DNA of 64,000 nucleotides from Bacteroidota bacterium (GCA_029571985.1 JAKQVC010000130.1:53741-117740); one strand, 5' to 3'. Shown: positions 29,549 through 43,512, numbered from the stretch's first letter. Program-made: numbers and translations. The notes: generated by a model from the sequence alone, not told the origin.

Positions 29549-29695
29549 TCAACTGTAAATCGGCGATTTACGGCATTTCCCAACGTCAGGCCCACTTTTT
29601 GCGTGTAGTTTACTATTGGAGACATCCACCCGGTCTTTGTGTGCGCTTACCGGGCGGCTTCTCAATTTTAAGTCCGAACTTTGCGTTTCGTGAAT

Positions 29696-31474
29696 ATGGG
29701 TCTGATGTATAGGTTTTTCGCTTTAGTAGTTGTTTCCGGCATGTTCATGTTTGGAAAAGTAATGGCCCAGGCAACCATCCCGGCGCAACTCCTATGTGCC
29801 CAAACCCTCATAAATGGGGATGTTCAGCTTACCTGGGGAACGTCTGCCGAGGGATGTGGCCCTTTTACGGAATATCAGATTTATGTGAGCTCAACCGGCC
29901 TGCCCGGCTCTTTCAGCTTACTGGGCACTGTACCGCTTTTTGCGACTACCTCCTATACACATGTGGGTGCTGATGGTGCCTTAAATACCTGGTATTACTA
30001 CATTGTAGCCATTTATGACTGTCCTGGATTTACTCAAACCAGCAGCGATACCCTCGATAATATCGACCCTGTGGCTGCTGAACTGGATTATGTAACCGTG
30101 GTTGGTGGCCTGTCGGAAATTCATTGGATTCCTTCCGTTTCGCCTGAAACAAATTCCTATATCATTTATCGGGATAATGGCGGTTTTACACCCGTTGCTA
30201 CCGTTTATGGCAGATTTACCACTACATATACAGATGTAACCGGTGTGCCAACAGCAGGTATAGAAACATATACAATAGCCGCAAGAGATAGCTGCGGAAC
30301 CATTGGCCCTTTTAATAATGATGCGCATCACACCATTTTTTTGGAGGTCCAACAAGTTGATTGCTCGGCCGATTTACAATTAAGTTGGAATGCATATGAT
30401 ACCTGGACTGCAGGTGTTGATGAATATCAAATATGGGTGGATCGAAATTTTGCCGGAGCCGTATTGGTGGATGATGTTGATGCTGCCACCACCGGTTATA
30501 CCTTAACCGGAATAAATGATGGCGATCATGTATGCATCACTATTCAGGCGTTAAGAGCTGATGGAACTGCTATTTCCGTTTCTAATGAAGTGTGTCTGGA
30601 TCTGAATATCGTGCAACCCGCAGCTTACACTGTTATCCGGAACGCAACGGTTTCCAGTCCGACGCAAATTAGTATTGAATGGTATCCGGATAATGCAGCA
30701 GATCTGGAAAAAAAATCTATTCGCCGCAGTTTAGATAATATTACTTATAACAACCTCGGCACTACACCTGTAGATATACCGATTCCTGTTGTGGATGCCT
30801 ATAACGATAATAGTATGGCAACCGTTTCAGTGCCTTTTTATTATCAGATTATTACTATCGATAGTTGTGGCATCGAAATGCCCTCCGGCATCGTAAAAAC
30901 TATTCTGTTGAAAGGAAATGATAATGCCAACTTTACAAATAATATTAACTGGAATGCCTTTGAAATTACCAATGGTGTAATAAATAATTATCGCATATAT
31001 AGAGATGATGGCGCGGGATTTAATATGATTGCAACAGTTCCGTCTGCTACACTCACGTATCTGGATGATGTTTCTGCATTTGTAAATCTGGTTGATCAAT
31101 TCTGCTATCGTATTGAATGTGAGTATCGCCTCAATGCGCCTGAAAATGGTGTAGATGAAATACTACTTTCAAACTCTAACATACTTTGTCTCGAGCAGGG
31201 ACCGCGTATTTATGTGCCAAACGCCATTGTGCCGGGCGGCGTGAATTCGGTTTTTAAACCGGTCATCATTTATGGAATGGAAGAAGGCTACAGCATGCAG
31301 ATTTTCAATCGATATGGTGAAATCATCTTTGAAACACAAGATATATCAGGCGGTTGGGATGGCACGTTTAATGGAAGCATTGTGCCTGTAGGCACCTACG
31401 GTTATGTGATCGTGTTTACCGCCAACAATGGTTCTGTAATTACCAAAAAGGGTAATGTTACCGTTATACGGTAA
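29696..31474 (+). CDS. T9SS type B (gliding-motility-associated CTD) protein with FN3-like repeats
   Basis: C-terminal 'IYVPNAIVPGGVNSVFKP...IFNRYGEIIF...GWDGT...GTYGYVI...KGNVTVIR'. Confidence 0.85.
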   Translation: MGLMYRFFALVVVSGMFMFGKVMAQATIPAQLLCAQTLINGDVQLTWGTSAEGCGPFTEYQIYVSSTGLPGSFSLLGTVPLFATTSYTHVGADGALNTWYYYIVAIYDCPGFTQTSSDTLDNIDPVAAELDYVTVVGGLSEIHWIPSVSPETNSYIIYRDNGGFTPVATVYGRFTTTYTDVTGVPTAGIETYTIAARDSCGTIGPFNNDAHHTIFLEVQQVDCSADLQLSWNAYDTWTAGVDEYQIWVDRNFAGAVLVDDVDAATTGYTLTGINDGDHVCITIQALRADGTAISVSNEVCLDLNIVQPAAYTVIRNATVSSPTQISIEWYPDNAADLEKKSIRRSLDNITYNNLGTTPVDIPIPVVDAYNDNSMATVSVPFYYQIITIDSCGIEMPSGIVKTILLKGNDNANFTNNINWNAFEITNGVINNYRIYRDDGAGFNMIATVPSATLTYLDDVSAFVNLVDQFCYRIECEYRLNAPENGVDEILLSNSNILCLEQGPRIYVPNAIVPGGVNSVFKPVIIYGMEEGYSMQIFNRYGEIIFETQDISGGWDGTFNGSIVPVGTYGYVIVFTANNGSVITKKGNVTVIR

Positions 31475-31494
31475 TTTTGACAGCTATTAACGTT

Positions 31495-32070
31495 ATGCAT
31501 CAGATTTTTCATTTAACAGGCGTTCGGGAAACAGCCAGTGGCATCACACTGTATGCCGATCATACATTTGATTTTTACCTGAGTTTTGGTGCCATCGACC
31601 GACATGGGTATGGTACCTGGACAAAAGAAAATGATACGGTGATACTCACCAGTAATTATGCCGACAAGAAAGGATTTGCCATTGTCGCGCAACAAAAGGA
31701 TGCACTGGAGGGATATCAGGTAAGTCTCCAAAACCCCGATCCATTTTTTGCCGGTATGATGCGAGGCTATGCAATCGTGCAGGCAACATCTGAAGAACAA
31801 AAGGCAGATGATCAGGGTGTAATACAATTTGCTATGGAGCATCCTGATAAACTGATGTTGATGAATGCGTTATTCCCGGACCAGATAGTAACTTTTATTC
31901 CGGAGCCGGATACCAATCATATGATTGTTCAACCTAATCACGATATATTTCTGTTGCATTTTCCTGAGGTGAGGTGCACGCAGGAAGAGCAAACACTTTT
32001 AGTTAAACTTCCCTTACTCAGTATGTATTTTGGTGAGCGTACATTTGTTTATGAACAGCAAATGCAATGA
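31495..32070 (+). CDS. Hypothetical protein
   Basis: ORF of ~190 aa in operon context; no recognised family. Start could be 31477. Confidence 0.6.
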   Translation: MHQIFHLTGVRETASGITLYADHTFDFYLSFGAIDRHGYGTWTKENDTVILTSNYADKKGFAIVAQQKDALEGYQVSLQNPDPFFAGMMRGYAIVQATSEEQKADDQGVIQFAMEHPDKLMLMNALFPDQIVTFIPEPDTNHMIVQPNHDIFLLHFPEVRCTQEEQTLLVKLPLLSMYFGERTFVYEQQMQ

Positions 32071-32588
32071 CAATGTCATTTACTGAATTACACAAACCCA
32101 TTATTGGTACTGACGAACTGCTATCTGTTTTGTCGCAATTAAATGCAGATATGCATAATGCAGGCTTATATTTCCAGTGGGATAAAGCAGATGAGATTGG
32201 ATTTACTTCTTACCCCGATTTGCCGGAACATTGCATAATGATTTTGGCAAGTTTTGATTTCACTTATTATCATCAACTGGAATTGTGTTTTCATCAGGTT
32301 CGGGCTCATACCTTAATAGACAATAACCAATGGCCGGATCACTGGAATAAAAATCAACTTGAATTATTGCAGGGTGTTGAACGTAGTCATGTACTAATGA
32401 ACTGCGCTGTTCCTGAAGATGAAACAATTCATGTATTTGCGTTTAACGTTGGAAGTTTTTCTGATCGTCAATTATATATTATTGCCGAAGGATTCAGTTT
32501 TGTAAGTGGAACTGTATTTCATTATAACCGATTGGCGCAACAAAATCTCGACCCCGGCGAACGAATTGCATGGTGGGTTACGCGTTAA
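32067..32588 (+). CDS. Hypothetical protein
   Basis: 173-aa ORF, ATGA-coupled to the previous gene. Confidence 0.6.
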   Translation: MTMSFTELHKPIIGTDELLSVLSQLNADMHNAGLYFQWDKADEIGFTSYPDLPEHCIMILASFDFTYYHQLELCFHQVRAHTLIDNNQWPDHWNKNQLELLQGVERSHVLMNCAVPEDETIHVFAFNVGSFSDRQLYIIAEGFSFVSGTVFHYNRLAQQNLDPGERIAWWVTR

Positions 32589-32666
32589 AACCAAATTTGT
32601 TTTAAAAGGACTTCCGCATCGGTTACTGATTCACAATCACGTATTCAAAATATTTTTTTACAAATT

Positions 32667-32695
32667 TTTGATTTCTTGAAATTAGTGTATATTTG
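32667..32695 (+). promoter_or_regulatory. Bacteroidota primary-sigma promoter for the rtcB leader
   Basis: TTTG at 32667-32670 and TATATTTG at 32688-32695. Confidence 0.6.
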
Positions 32696-32714
32696 CGTTG
32701 AAATTAATTAAGAC

Positions 32715-32789
32715 ATGCGTCTGCTAAACAAAAACATATTTGAACGCTATCAGCAGGATGAACATCCTGGCCGAGGTTTTTTTTATTGA
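32715..32789 (+). CDS. Putative leader peptide MRLLNKNIFERYQQDEHPGRGFFY (24 aa) upstream of rtcB
   Basis: ATG 19 nt after the -7 element in A-rich context; TGA at 32787-32789; its 3' end is complementary to the downstream terminator arm. Confidence 0.65.
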   Translation: MRLLNKNIFERYQQDEHPGRGFFY

Positions 32790-32816
32790 CTTGAAACAAT
32801 TCATTCAATGATATGT

Positions 32817-32848
32817 AAACCCTGGCCTTGAGTCAGGGTTTTTTATTT
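32817..32848 (+). terminator. Intrinsic terminator (attenuator) inside the rtcB 5' leader
   Basis: aaaccctggc-cttga-gtcagggtttttt-attt. Confidence 0.75.
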
Positions 32849-32991
32849 CCCTGATCTTCCGGCTGTGCTGTTTTGTGCAGGAGTACTGCATATTTACATA
32901 TGTTATAACATATGTGAAAAGGCCACTCTATGCTTATTAGCATACGATTGACAGCTTAAAATGCATAATGTTATTTAAACATGAAAACGAG

Positions 32992-34392
32992 ATGAGAAAA
33001 TTAAATTTAAAAGGAAAAGACCTTAGAAAAATCGGGTATCCTGAAAGTATTGTTATTGGTGTAGCCATTCAGGTAATGCATCAGTATCATAAACATACGA
33101 CTAAAGAAGAAGCACTGCGCATATTAAAGAATGTTGCAGCGAATCCGGATGCATTTGTACAGGATGAAGTGCTTGGAAAAATTGCTCAGGCATTTATGCA
33201 GCATTTACATCCGCAGTCAGATACACTGACTTTGCGTGCCAATCGATTAGCCTATGCAACCTATGGTGCTGAACATATTGAACAGGGTGCAGTACATCAA
33301 ATGGAGGTTGCCATGAAATTACCTGTGTCGGTTGCCGGTGCATTAATGCCGGATGCACACCAGGGATATGGTTTGCCAATTGGCGGTGTACTCGCTACAG
33401 ATAATGCAGTTATTCCTTATGGTGTTGGTGTTGATATTGGTTGCAGAATGTGCATGACAATTTTTGATGTGCCTGCACAGTATGCCTTGCAACAAGTGGA
33501 TGCCTTAACTGGTTATCTGACAAGAAATACCACCTTTGGTTCAGGGGCAACAATTAAAAATCCGGGTGAACATCCTGTTTTGGATGACCCTGCTTTTACA
33601 TCAACACCCTTATTAAGGAGTTTGCATGATAAAGCGGTAAAACAATTAGGAACATCCGGAAGCGGAAATCACTTTGTTGAATTTGGTATTGTTGATATTA
33701 CTGCTGAACATAATGCATTGCATGTAACGCCCGGCAGTTACCTCGCATTATTATCGCATAGTGGTTCACGTGGATTAGGTGCTTCTGTTGCCAGTTATTA
33801 TACCAGATTAGCGAAGGAATTATGTAAGCTGCCTGATTCCGCAAAACATCTTGCGTATTTATCGCTCGATTCTGAAGAAGGAATGGCGTACTGGATCGCC
33901 ATGCAATTAAGTGGCGATTATGCATCTGCATGTCATCATAAAATTCATGAAAAAGTGCATCGTTCTCTCGGTGGTACAATTCTGGCAAGAGTTGAAAATC
34001 ATCACAATTTCGCCTGGAAAGAAATGCATCAGGGCAGAGAGGTAATAGTACATCGTAAAGGTGCAACACCGGCGGGAAAAGGAGTGCTCGGCATTATTCC
34101 GGGTAGTATGACCGCTCCGGGATTTATTGTGGAAGGTAGAGGAGAAGACAATGCATTGCATTCTGCTGCTCATGGTGCCGGAAGACTTATGTCGAGAACG
34201 GCAGCAAAATCACAATTTACCAAAGCCATGATGCGAAGTGTACTGAACGACGCCGGGGTAACCTTAATTGGCGGTGATATTGATGAATCGCCAATGGCTT
34301 ACAAAGACATACAAACCGTAATGCGTAATCAGGAAGACCTGGTGAACATTATCGGCATTTTTAAACCAAAAGTGGTTCGAATGGATGGTTGA
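32992..34392 (+). CDS. rtcB: RtcB family RNA 2',3'-cyclic phosphate/3'-phosphate ligase
   Basis: 'MPDAHQGYGLPIGG', 'VGVDIGC', 'GSGNHFVE', 'HSGSRG', 'HHN', 'HRKGA', 'IPGSM', 'SAAHGAGR', 'DESPMAYK'. Confidence 0.95.
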   Translation: MRKLNLKGKDLRKIGYPESIVIGVAIQVMHQYHKHTTKEEALRILKNVAANPDAFVQDEVLGKIAQAFMQHLHPQSDTLTLRANRLAYATYGAEHIEQGAVHQMEVAMKLPVSVAGALMPDAHQGYGLPIGGVLATDNAVIPYGVGVDIGCRMCMTIFDVPAQYALQQVDALTGYLTRNTTFGSGATIKNPGEHPVLDDPAFTSTPLLRSLHDKAVKQLGTSGSGNHFVEFGIVDITAEHNALHVTPGSYLALLSHSGSRGLGASVASYYTRLAKELCKLPDSAKHLAYLSLDSEEGMAYWIAMQLSGDYASACHHKIHEKVHRSLGGTILARVENHHNFAWKEMHQGREVIVHRKGATPAGKGVLGIIPGSMTAPGFIVEGRGEDNALHSAAHGAGRLMSRTAAKSQFTKAMMRSVLNDAGVTLIGGDIDESPMAYKDIQTVMRNQEDLVNIIGIFKPKVVRMDG

Positions 34393-34457
34393 GATGTAGC
34401 GCAATTAAACCGCACTTCTTCTTCCAGTCATCGACCATAAAAATAACACGCATAATT

Positions 34458-34958
34458 ATGGAAATCTTATATGATTTGGAAGAGAAATTATTGCGCATGC
34501 AACAATTATTGCAAGCTGGAAAAGCAATCAAGGCGAAGCGACTTGCAGAAGAATTATTAGAAGAAGAACCAGGACTTGCTGAAGCTCACATGACCCTGGG
34601 CACGATCTATGAAAATCACTTGCAGGATTTTGCGCGGGCAGCGACCTGTTATGCACTCGCTGTCCGTTTCGATGAGTCTATCGCTATAGCCTGGTATGCT
34701 TTAATACGCATGCAATATTATCTCAGCGATTATGTTGCTTTAGAGCACACCTGCGAACGCGCATTAGTACATGTGCATGTATACAAGTTTATTGTATATC
34801 AATTTCATGCACTTGCACAAGAAGAACAATTGCATTTTAAACGGGCTATCCGATTATTTGAATTGGCCCAATTATATGCAATGCAAGATGGCGATCTGGA
34901 TACCGCTAAAAAACATATCCAGCGCGTAAAAGTAAAAATGGATATTAAACGCGATTGA
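34458..34958 (+). CDS. TPR-repeat protein
   Basis: 'EEEPGLAEAHMTLGTIY', 'A..CYALAVRFD' helical repeats. Confidence 0.7.
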   Translation: MEILYDLEEKLLRMQQLLQAGKAIKAKRLAEELLEEEPGLAEAHMTLGTIYENHLQDFARAATCYALAVRFDESIAIAWYALIRMQYYLSDYVALEHTCERALVHVHVYKFIVYQFHALAQEEQLHFKRAIRLFELAQLYAMQDGDLDTAKKHIQRVKVKMDIKRD

Positions 34959-35162
34959 TCAACATTGCGACCGCCGGGGCACATTAATTCGGATGTGCCC
35001 CTCCCGAAAGGGATGCATGTGTATACATGTATGCAGGGGCAATAATTTCCATAAAAAATTCGCTCTCCTGACCGAAAATTTTGAGGTGCTTTCTGAAACT
35101 TTTACAAGGTTCAGTTTGTTTGCGTTCTATCTGATATATGTCATTGGGTGTGAACTATTTGA

Positions 35163-37430
<2,268 letters not shown>

Positions 37431-37448
37431 AACGCATTGCAATCCTAT

Positions 37449-37481
37449 AAAAAGGCTGCCCATTTTGGCAGTCTTTTTTTT
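37449..37481 (+). terminator. Intrinsic terminator after katG
   Basis: aaaaaggctgcc-catttt-ggcagtctttttttt. Confidence 0.85.
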
Positions 37482-37518
37482 GTACCATGGTGGGTCATCT
37501 GTTGTCACACCCTGCTGA

Positions 37519-39081
<1,563 letters not shown>

Positions 39082-39197
39082 GCAGATTCGTTTAAGGTGG
39101 TTTGTGCAAGTGGTGCCTTAAATCACCATTTGTAGGATATAATATCATTGCCTGACCTCAACAGGTACAGGAATTTTGTGGTATTAAATTGAATACT

Positions 39198-39581
39198 ATG
39201 AAAAAGTTACTCACCATCATATTCCTGCTCACCATTGCAACTGCACTGCAGGCACAGAACCGCGGATTACAAGGAAAAAGAGGTCAACAAACTTATAAAA
39301 CTACAAGTGAGTGCGGTGTTCCTCAAGGAATTTTTGTTGATGAAATCACTGCCAATACAGTTACTATTCACTGGATGACTAACGGAGCAGCATTTTATCA
39401 GGTGCAATACTACAACACACGGAACCCACAAGAAAAAGGAACCTTAATGACCAACTTGGGCAGCGTGGCTATTGATAATTTGCAACCTTGCGCTACCTAT
39501 AAATTTGTCATTATCGCAAAATGCCCTGATGGTTTAGCTAAATCAAGAAACCAGGTATTTTTTACTCAGGGATGTAAATAA
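39198..39581 (+). CDS. Small secreted fibronectin type III domain protein
   Basis: Signal peptide; 'ITANTVTIHW...YQVQY...IDNLQPCATYKF'. Confidence 0.7.
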   Translation: MKKLLTIIFLLTIATALQAQNRGLQGKRGQQTYKTTSECGVPQGIFVDEITANTVTIHWMTNGAAFYQVQYYNTRNPQEKGTLMTNLGSVAIDNLQPCATYKFVIIAKCPDGLAKSRNQVFFTQGCK

Positions 39582-39635
39582 AAAGTAAGTGAATGTCAAC
39601 TCTCGACATTCGAAATAGAGATGTAATGCTTGTTC

Positions 39636-39669
39636 AAAAAAAGGGAGCGCTTAGTTGAGCGCTCCCTTT
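39636..39669 (-). terminator. Intrinsic terminator of the GH13 operon (probably bidirectional)
   Basis: aaaaaaagggagcgct-tagttg-agcgctcccttt. Confidence 0.8.
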
Positions 39670-39696
39670 GCTTATATGTATTGTAAGTGATACAGG

Positions 39697-41025
39697 TTAC
39701 ATGACTAATACTTTTACTTCCCATGGCATCAAACTTACTTTACCATTGGCTTTAATTTTTTGTTTTTTGCCGGTTAATCCATTTACATATTTTCCGGCTT
39801 CATTGGAAATATATACCTGTTTCAAATCTTCACTTAAATTGGCAATTACCATCACTTTATTTCCCTCTTTCTCCCGCACAAATACGTAGGTGTCTTTGTC
39901 TTCACAGGCAACGCGGCGATAACTTCCGCCCTCTGAACCATTCCATAAAGCAGGATTAGCAGTTTTAATCTCAATGAGCTTGCTATAAAAAGGTGTAAAC
40001 TGTTTATCATCCACCCAACTGATGCTGTCTTTATCGAAAAACTTTAGTCTGCGATCCAGTCCTACTTCTTGTCCGCTATACATTAATAGCATACCCGGCA
40101 AGGTTGCAGAAAGCGTTGCGAATGCGCGGGCGCCATCACCCATGCGTTCAAATTCGGTACCGTTCCAGCTATTTTCATCGTGATTGCTGGTAAAATTCAT
40201 CCAGACAGAACCGGCAGGATATCCTGCAATATCTTTCATGATCAAACTATCTAAATGATCAATTGTTCCTTTTTTCTGTGCAATTTTATTCATGGCATGA
40301 TGACGGTCCCAGCCATACACCATATTAAATCCATCTTTAATAAATCCCGGACCTTCTGCTTCTGCGAGCATAAATAATTCGGGTTTGATTTCACGCATTT
40401 CGTTGAAAGCATATTGCCAGAAAGCATCGGGCACCATCATGGCTACATCACATCGAAACCCATCGATATTGCCTTCTTTAATCCAATACGCCATATCATG
40501 AATCATAGCTTTACGCATGTTCATGTTGTCGTAGTTTAAATCGGCAACATCAGTCCAGTCGGCAACAGGCGGAATAATTTTTCCATTTTTATCTGTCGTG
40601 TAATATTCCGGATGGTCGGTTATCCAGGCATGATCCCAGCTGGTGTGGTTGCCCACCCAATCCAGAATCACATACATGCCCAATTTATGCGCTTCATCAA
40701 CCATTTTTTTAAAATCTTTCATTGTCCCAAACTCGGGATTAGTTGCTGTATAGTTTTGGATGGAATAATAACTACCCAAAGACCCTTTACGATTTAGCTC
40801 ACCAATAGGCTGAACGGGCATTAACCATAAAATATCTACACCCATCTCCTTCAGTCGCGGTAAATGTGCGGTGAATGCGTTAAAGGTGCCTTCCGGCGTG
40901 TATTGACGGATATTTACTTCGTAAATGACGGCACTCTTCGCCCAATCCGGCATCTGTGTTTGTGCCTGCAGGTTGGATTGTAACACAAGTAAAAGGCTGA
41001 AAATGAAAATTTGTAATCGATTCAT
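39697..41025 (-). CDS. GH13 alpha-amylase family glycoside hydrolase (secreted)
   Basis: Conserved regions DWVGNH, GFRCDVA, LAE, FTSNHD; signal peptide. Confidence 0.92.
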   Translation of the reverse strand: MNRLQIFIFSLLLVLQSNLQAQTQMPDWAKSAVIYEVNIRQYTPEGTFNAFTAHLPRLKEMGVDILWLMPVQPIGELNRKGSLGSYYSIQNYTATNPEFGTMKDFKKMVDEAHKLGMYVILDWVGNHTSWDHAWITDHPEYYTTDKNGKIIPPVADWTDVADLNYDNMNMRKAMIHDMAYWIKEGNIDGFRCDVAMMVPDAFWQYAFNEMREIKPELFMLAEAEGPGFIKDGFNMVYGWDRHHAMNKIAQKKGTIDHLDSLIMKDIAGYPAGSVWMNFTSNHDENSWNGTEFERMGDGARAFATLSATLPGMLLMYSGQEVGLDRRLKFFDKDSISWVDDKQFTPFYSKLIEIKTANPALWNGSEGGSYRRVACEDKDTYVFVREKEGNKVMVIANLSEDLKQVYISNEAGKYVNGLTGKKQKIKANGKVSLMPWEVKVLVM

Positions 41026-41040
41026 GTAAAGACTGTTTTT

Positions 41041-43464
41041 TTATCGCGCATCAAAAGTAATTATTTCAAAGCAATTGCCTTCGGGATTCGAAACAAACAA
41101 TTGATTGTCTTCGACACGTACCGTAGAACCAAATTGTGCATGCGGAATCAATCCGGATACGCTAACCGGCAATGATATTATCACCTCAAGCGGCGCATTT
41201 CCCTTGTGCATGATTGTCACAACTTTATCTTCAAAGTAATTTCTGAGGTAAGCAAATTCAGTTTCGGCGCCATTTTTTATCGGTAATTCAATATAATCGC
41301 CATACAGTAAGGCCATATGATGGCTTCTGAGTTGAGTAAGTTGTTGTACGGTGTTGTATACCTGCTGTTCATAGGTATTCCAGCCGGCGAAATACATCAT
41401 ACGCCTGTTATCCGGATCGTTTGCGCCCGGCATACCAATTTCATCACCGTAATAAATAATCGGAATACCGGGAATGGTCATGTTAAATGCATGTAACATC
41501 ATCAAACGTTTGTAGCCTACCGGATCGGTTACCCGGATAGTCCGGTTCCATCCCGCCTCTTTGTCGTTTTCATTCCATTTTAAATCGCCGCTCGCATAAC
41601 TAATAAAACGAGCCATATCGTGATTGCCGGTTAAGTTGCCCATAACGTGATGCCAGCCGAAATAATTGAACGACTCATTTAAAGAAGCCGAAAGTCTGCT
41701 GAAAGGAATATCCTGTTGTGCAAAAACTGAACGTGCATCAAAATATAAATTGAAATCAAATTGTGCATCCAGTAATCCCGAACCCAAATAACTGCCGATG
41801 AGTTCGCGACTGCCAAATGTTTCACCGATCTGGTAAACGGGTTTTTGCTTTGGAATGCTAACTTCAGTTTTTATTTTATAAGTGAGCAATCTCCAGAAAT
41901 CTGTTTCGATATGTTTGGTTGCATCATGTCTGAATCCATCAATTCCATATGTTTTTAACCAAAACATCGCACTGTCGGCACATGCTTCAGCCACTTGTGG
42001 TTGCGCATGATCGAAGCTGGGCATATAAGGTTCAAACCAGGTGGTGAGTCTGTACTCATCCCATAGACGCAAATTTTTTCTGCCATTACCTAAATCCAGT
42101 TGACTAAACCATTCGGGATGTTGTGTCCATAAAGGATGTTCTGCATGTATATGATTGGCCACATAGTCGAGATAAATTTGCATATCATGTGCATGCAAAC
42201 TATCAACCAGTGCAGCAAACTCTTGTTGTTTGCCAAAGCGCACATCCACCTTACTTAAAGAAATAGGCCAATAACCATGATATCCACTAAACCAGCGATG
42301 TGGCGCAGGATATTCCTGATACGCAATCATGGGATTTTGAAAAACAGGCGAAATCCATAAAGTATTTACACCGAGTTGTTCGAAATAACCACTTTCAATT
42401 TTTGTTTGTATCCCGGCAAAATCTCCACCCATATAATTTGCTACATCTGCAACGCGGTCATCTTTCACAGGCTGATCGTTTGTAGTATCGCCATTGCAGA
42501 ATCGATCTACCATTAAAAAGTACATGATATTTTTCCGGAAATCATTCTTGTCGAGCAATGAAGGGTCCTTTATTACTTCTTTGCCTCGCAACGGAATAAG
42601 TATATCATTAATTTCCCGGTTGTTTACAGACCCATAAATGCGTATAAATGACCTGTCGGTTAACTCCGCTTTGTTTGGGACGCTTACAATTAATACCATT
42701 TCCTCTTCATAAGTCTCTTCACTTAAACTCCAAAGGGTATCTATGGGAATTTGGTAATTGTTCCAGAATGCGATGAGTTTTAATTCGGGTGTTTTTATAT
42801 TGTCATGCAGAACGATGTGCGTTTGTTGTTTTTGATCGTCATCAAATTTGAAAAAATCACTTGTTGTCATAAATGGCTTTGGCGATTGATTGTTATTTCC
42901 GACAACCAATAATGAATTATACCCGCCTATACCATTATCAATGCTGTCGCGATTATTTGGATCGAGGAACCATTGGCCGTCGGCTACAATTTGGTATTGA
43001 TATCTGCCGGGGTTGAGTTGCAATTCAATTACCCATTCCGCTCCCTGCTGCTGCATGAATAATAGATTCGGATTCCAGTTGGTGAGGTCGCCTACGATGG
43101 AAACGGCGTTATATTGTTTATTTCCGGGTTTGAAACGGAAGGTGATACTTTCTTTGCGTGTGCGTTTAACAATGATGTCGTAGGTGTCTTGTGTGGTTTT
43201 GATGCACAGTGTGCTCAGCGCAGGAAGTTCGGTTTTGGTACGAATGAGGAGCAGGCTGTCTTTATCTGCACTCAGCTTGCATTGCAGATGTGTTGCACTG
43301 GCTTGCAGTATGTGAGTTGGGTCAACAATGTAGTCGCGCGTGAGGATGACAGTTGTGTCCTGTTCAATCACCACCCCCTGCATCAACCCAAACGTTTCAA
43401 CCTGCCCAAAAACCTCCCCGGCCAAACACACCATCAACCCAAATAATCCCATTACCTTTTGCAT
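41041..43464 (-). CDS. GH13 glycoside hydrolase with N-terminal CBM48-like domain
   Basis: 'VSIVGDLTNW...LNPGRYQYQIVADGQWFLDPNN'; DYVANH, GFRHDATKH, IGE, LTGNHD. Confidence 0.9.
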   Translation of the reverse strand: MQKVMGLFGLMVCLAGEVFGQVETFGLMQGVVIEQDTTVILTRDYIVDPTHILQASATHLQCKLSADKDSLLLIRTKTELPALSTLCIKTTQDTYDIIVKRTRKESITFRFKPGNKQYNAVSIVGDLTNWNPNLLFMQQQGAEWVIELQLNPGRYQYQIVADGQWFLDPNNRDSIDNGIGGYNSLLVVGNNNQSPKPFMTTSDFFKFDDDQKQQTHIVLHDNIKTPELKLIAFWNNYQIPIDTLWSLSEETYEEEMVLIVSVPNKAELTDRSFIRIYGSVNNREINDILIPLRGKEVIKDPSLLDKNDFRKNIMYFLMVDRFCNGDTTNDQPVKDDRVADVANYMGGDFAGIQTKIESGYFEQLGVNTLWISPVFQNPMIAYQEYPAPHRWFSGYHGYWPISLSKVDVRFGKQQEFAALVDSLHAHDMQIYLDYVANHIHAEHPLWTQHPEWFSQLDLGNGRKNLRLWDEYRLTTWFEPYMPSFDHAQPQVAEACADSAMFWLKTYGIDGFRHDATKHIETDFWRLLTYKIKTEVSIPKQKPVYQIGETFGSRELIGSYLGSGLLDAQFDFNLYFDARSVFAQQDIPFSRLSASLNESFNYFGWHHVMGNLTGNHDMARFISYASGDLKWNENDKEAGWNRTIRVTDPVGYKRLMMLHAFNMTIPGIPIIYYGDEIGMPGANDPDNRRMMYFAGWNTYEQQVYNTVQQLTQLRSHHMALLYGDYIELPIKNGAETEFAYLRNYFEDKVVTIMHKGNAPLEVIISLPVSVSGLIPHAQFGSTVRVEDNQLFVSNPEGNCFEIITFDAR

Positions 43465-43512
43465 AGACTTAGTTTGTTATGCAAAAGTAATATTAATGTG
43501 GCACCAGTTTTT

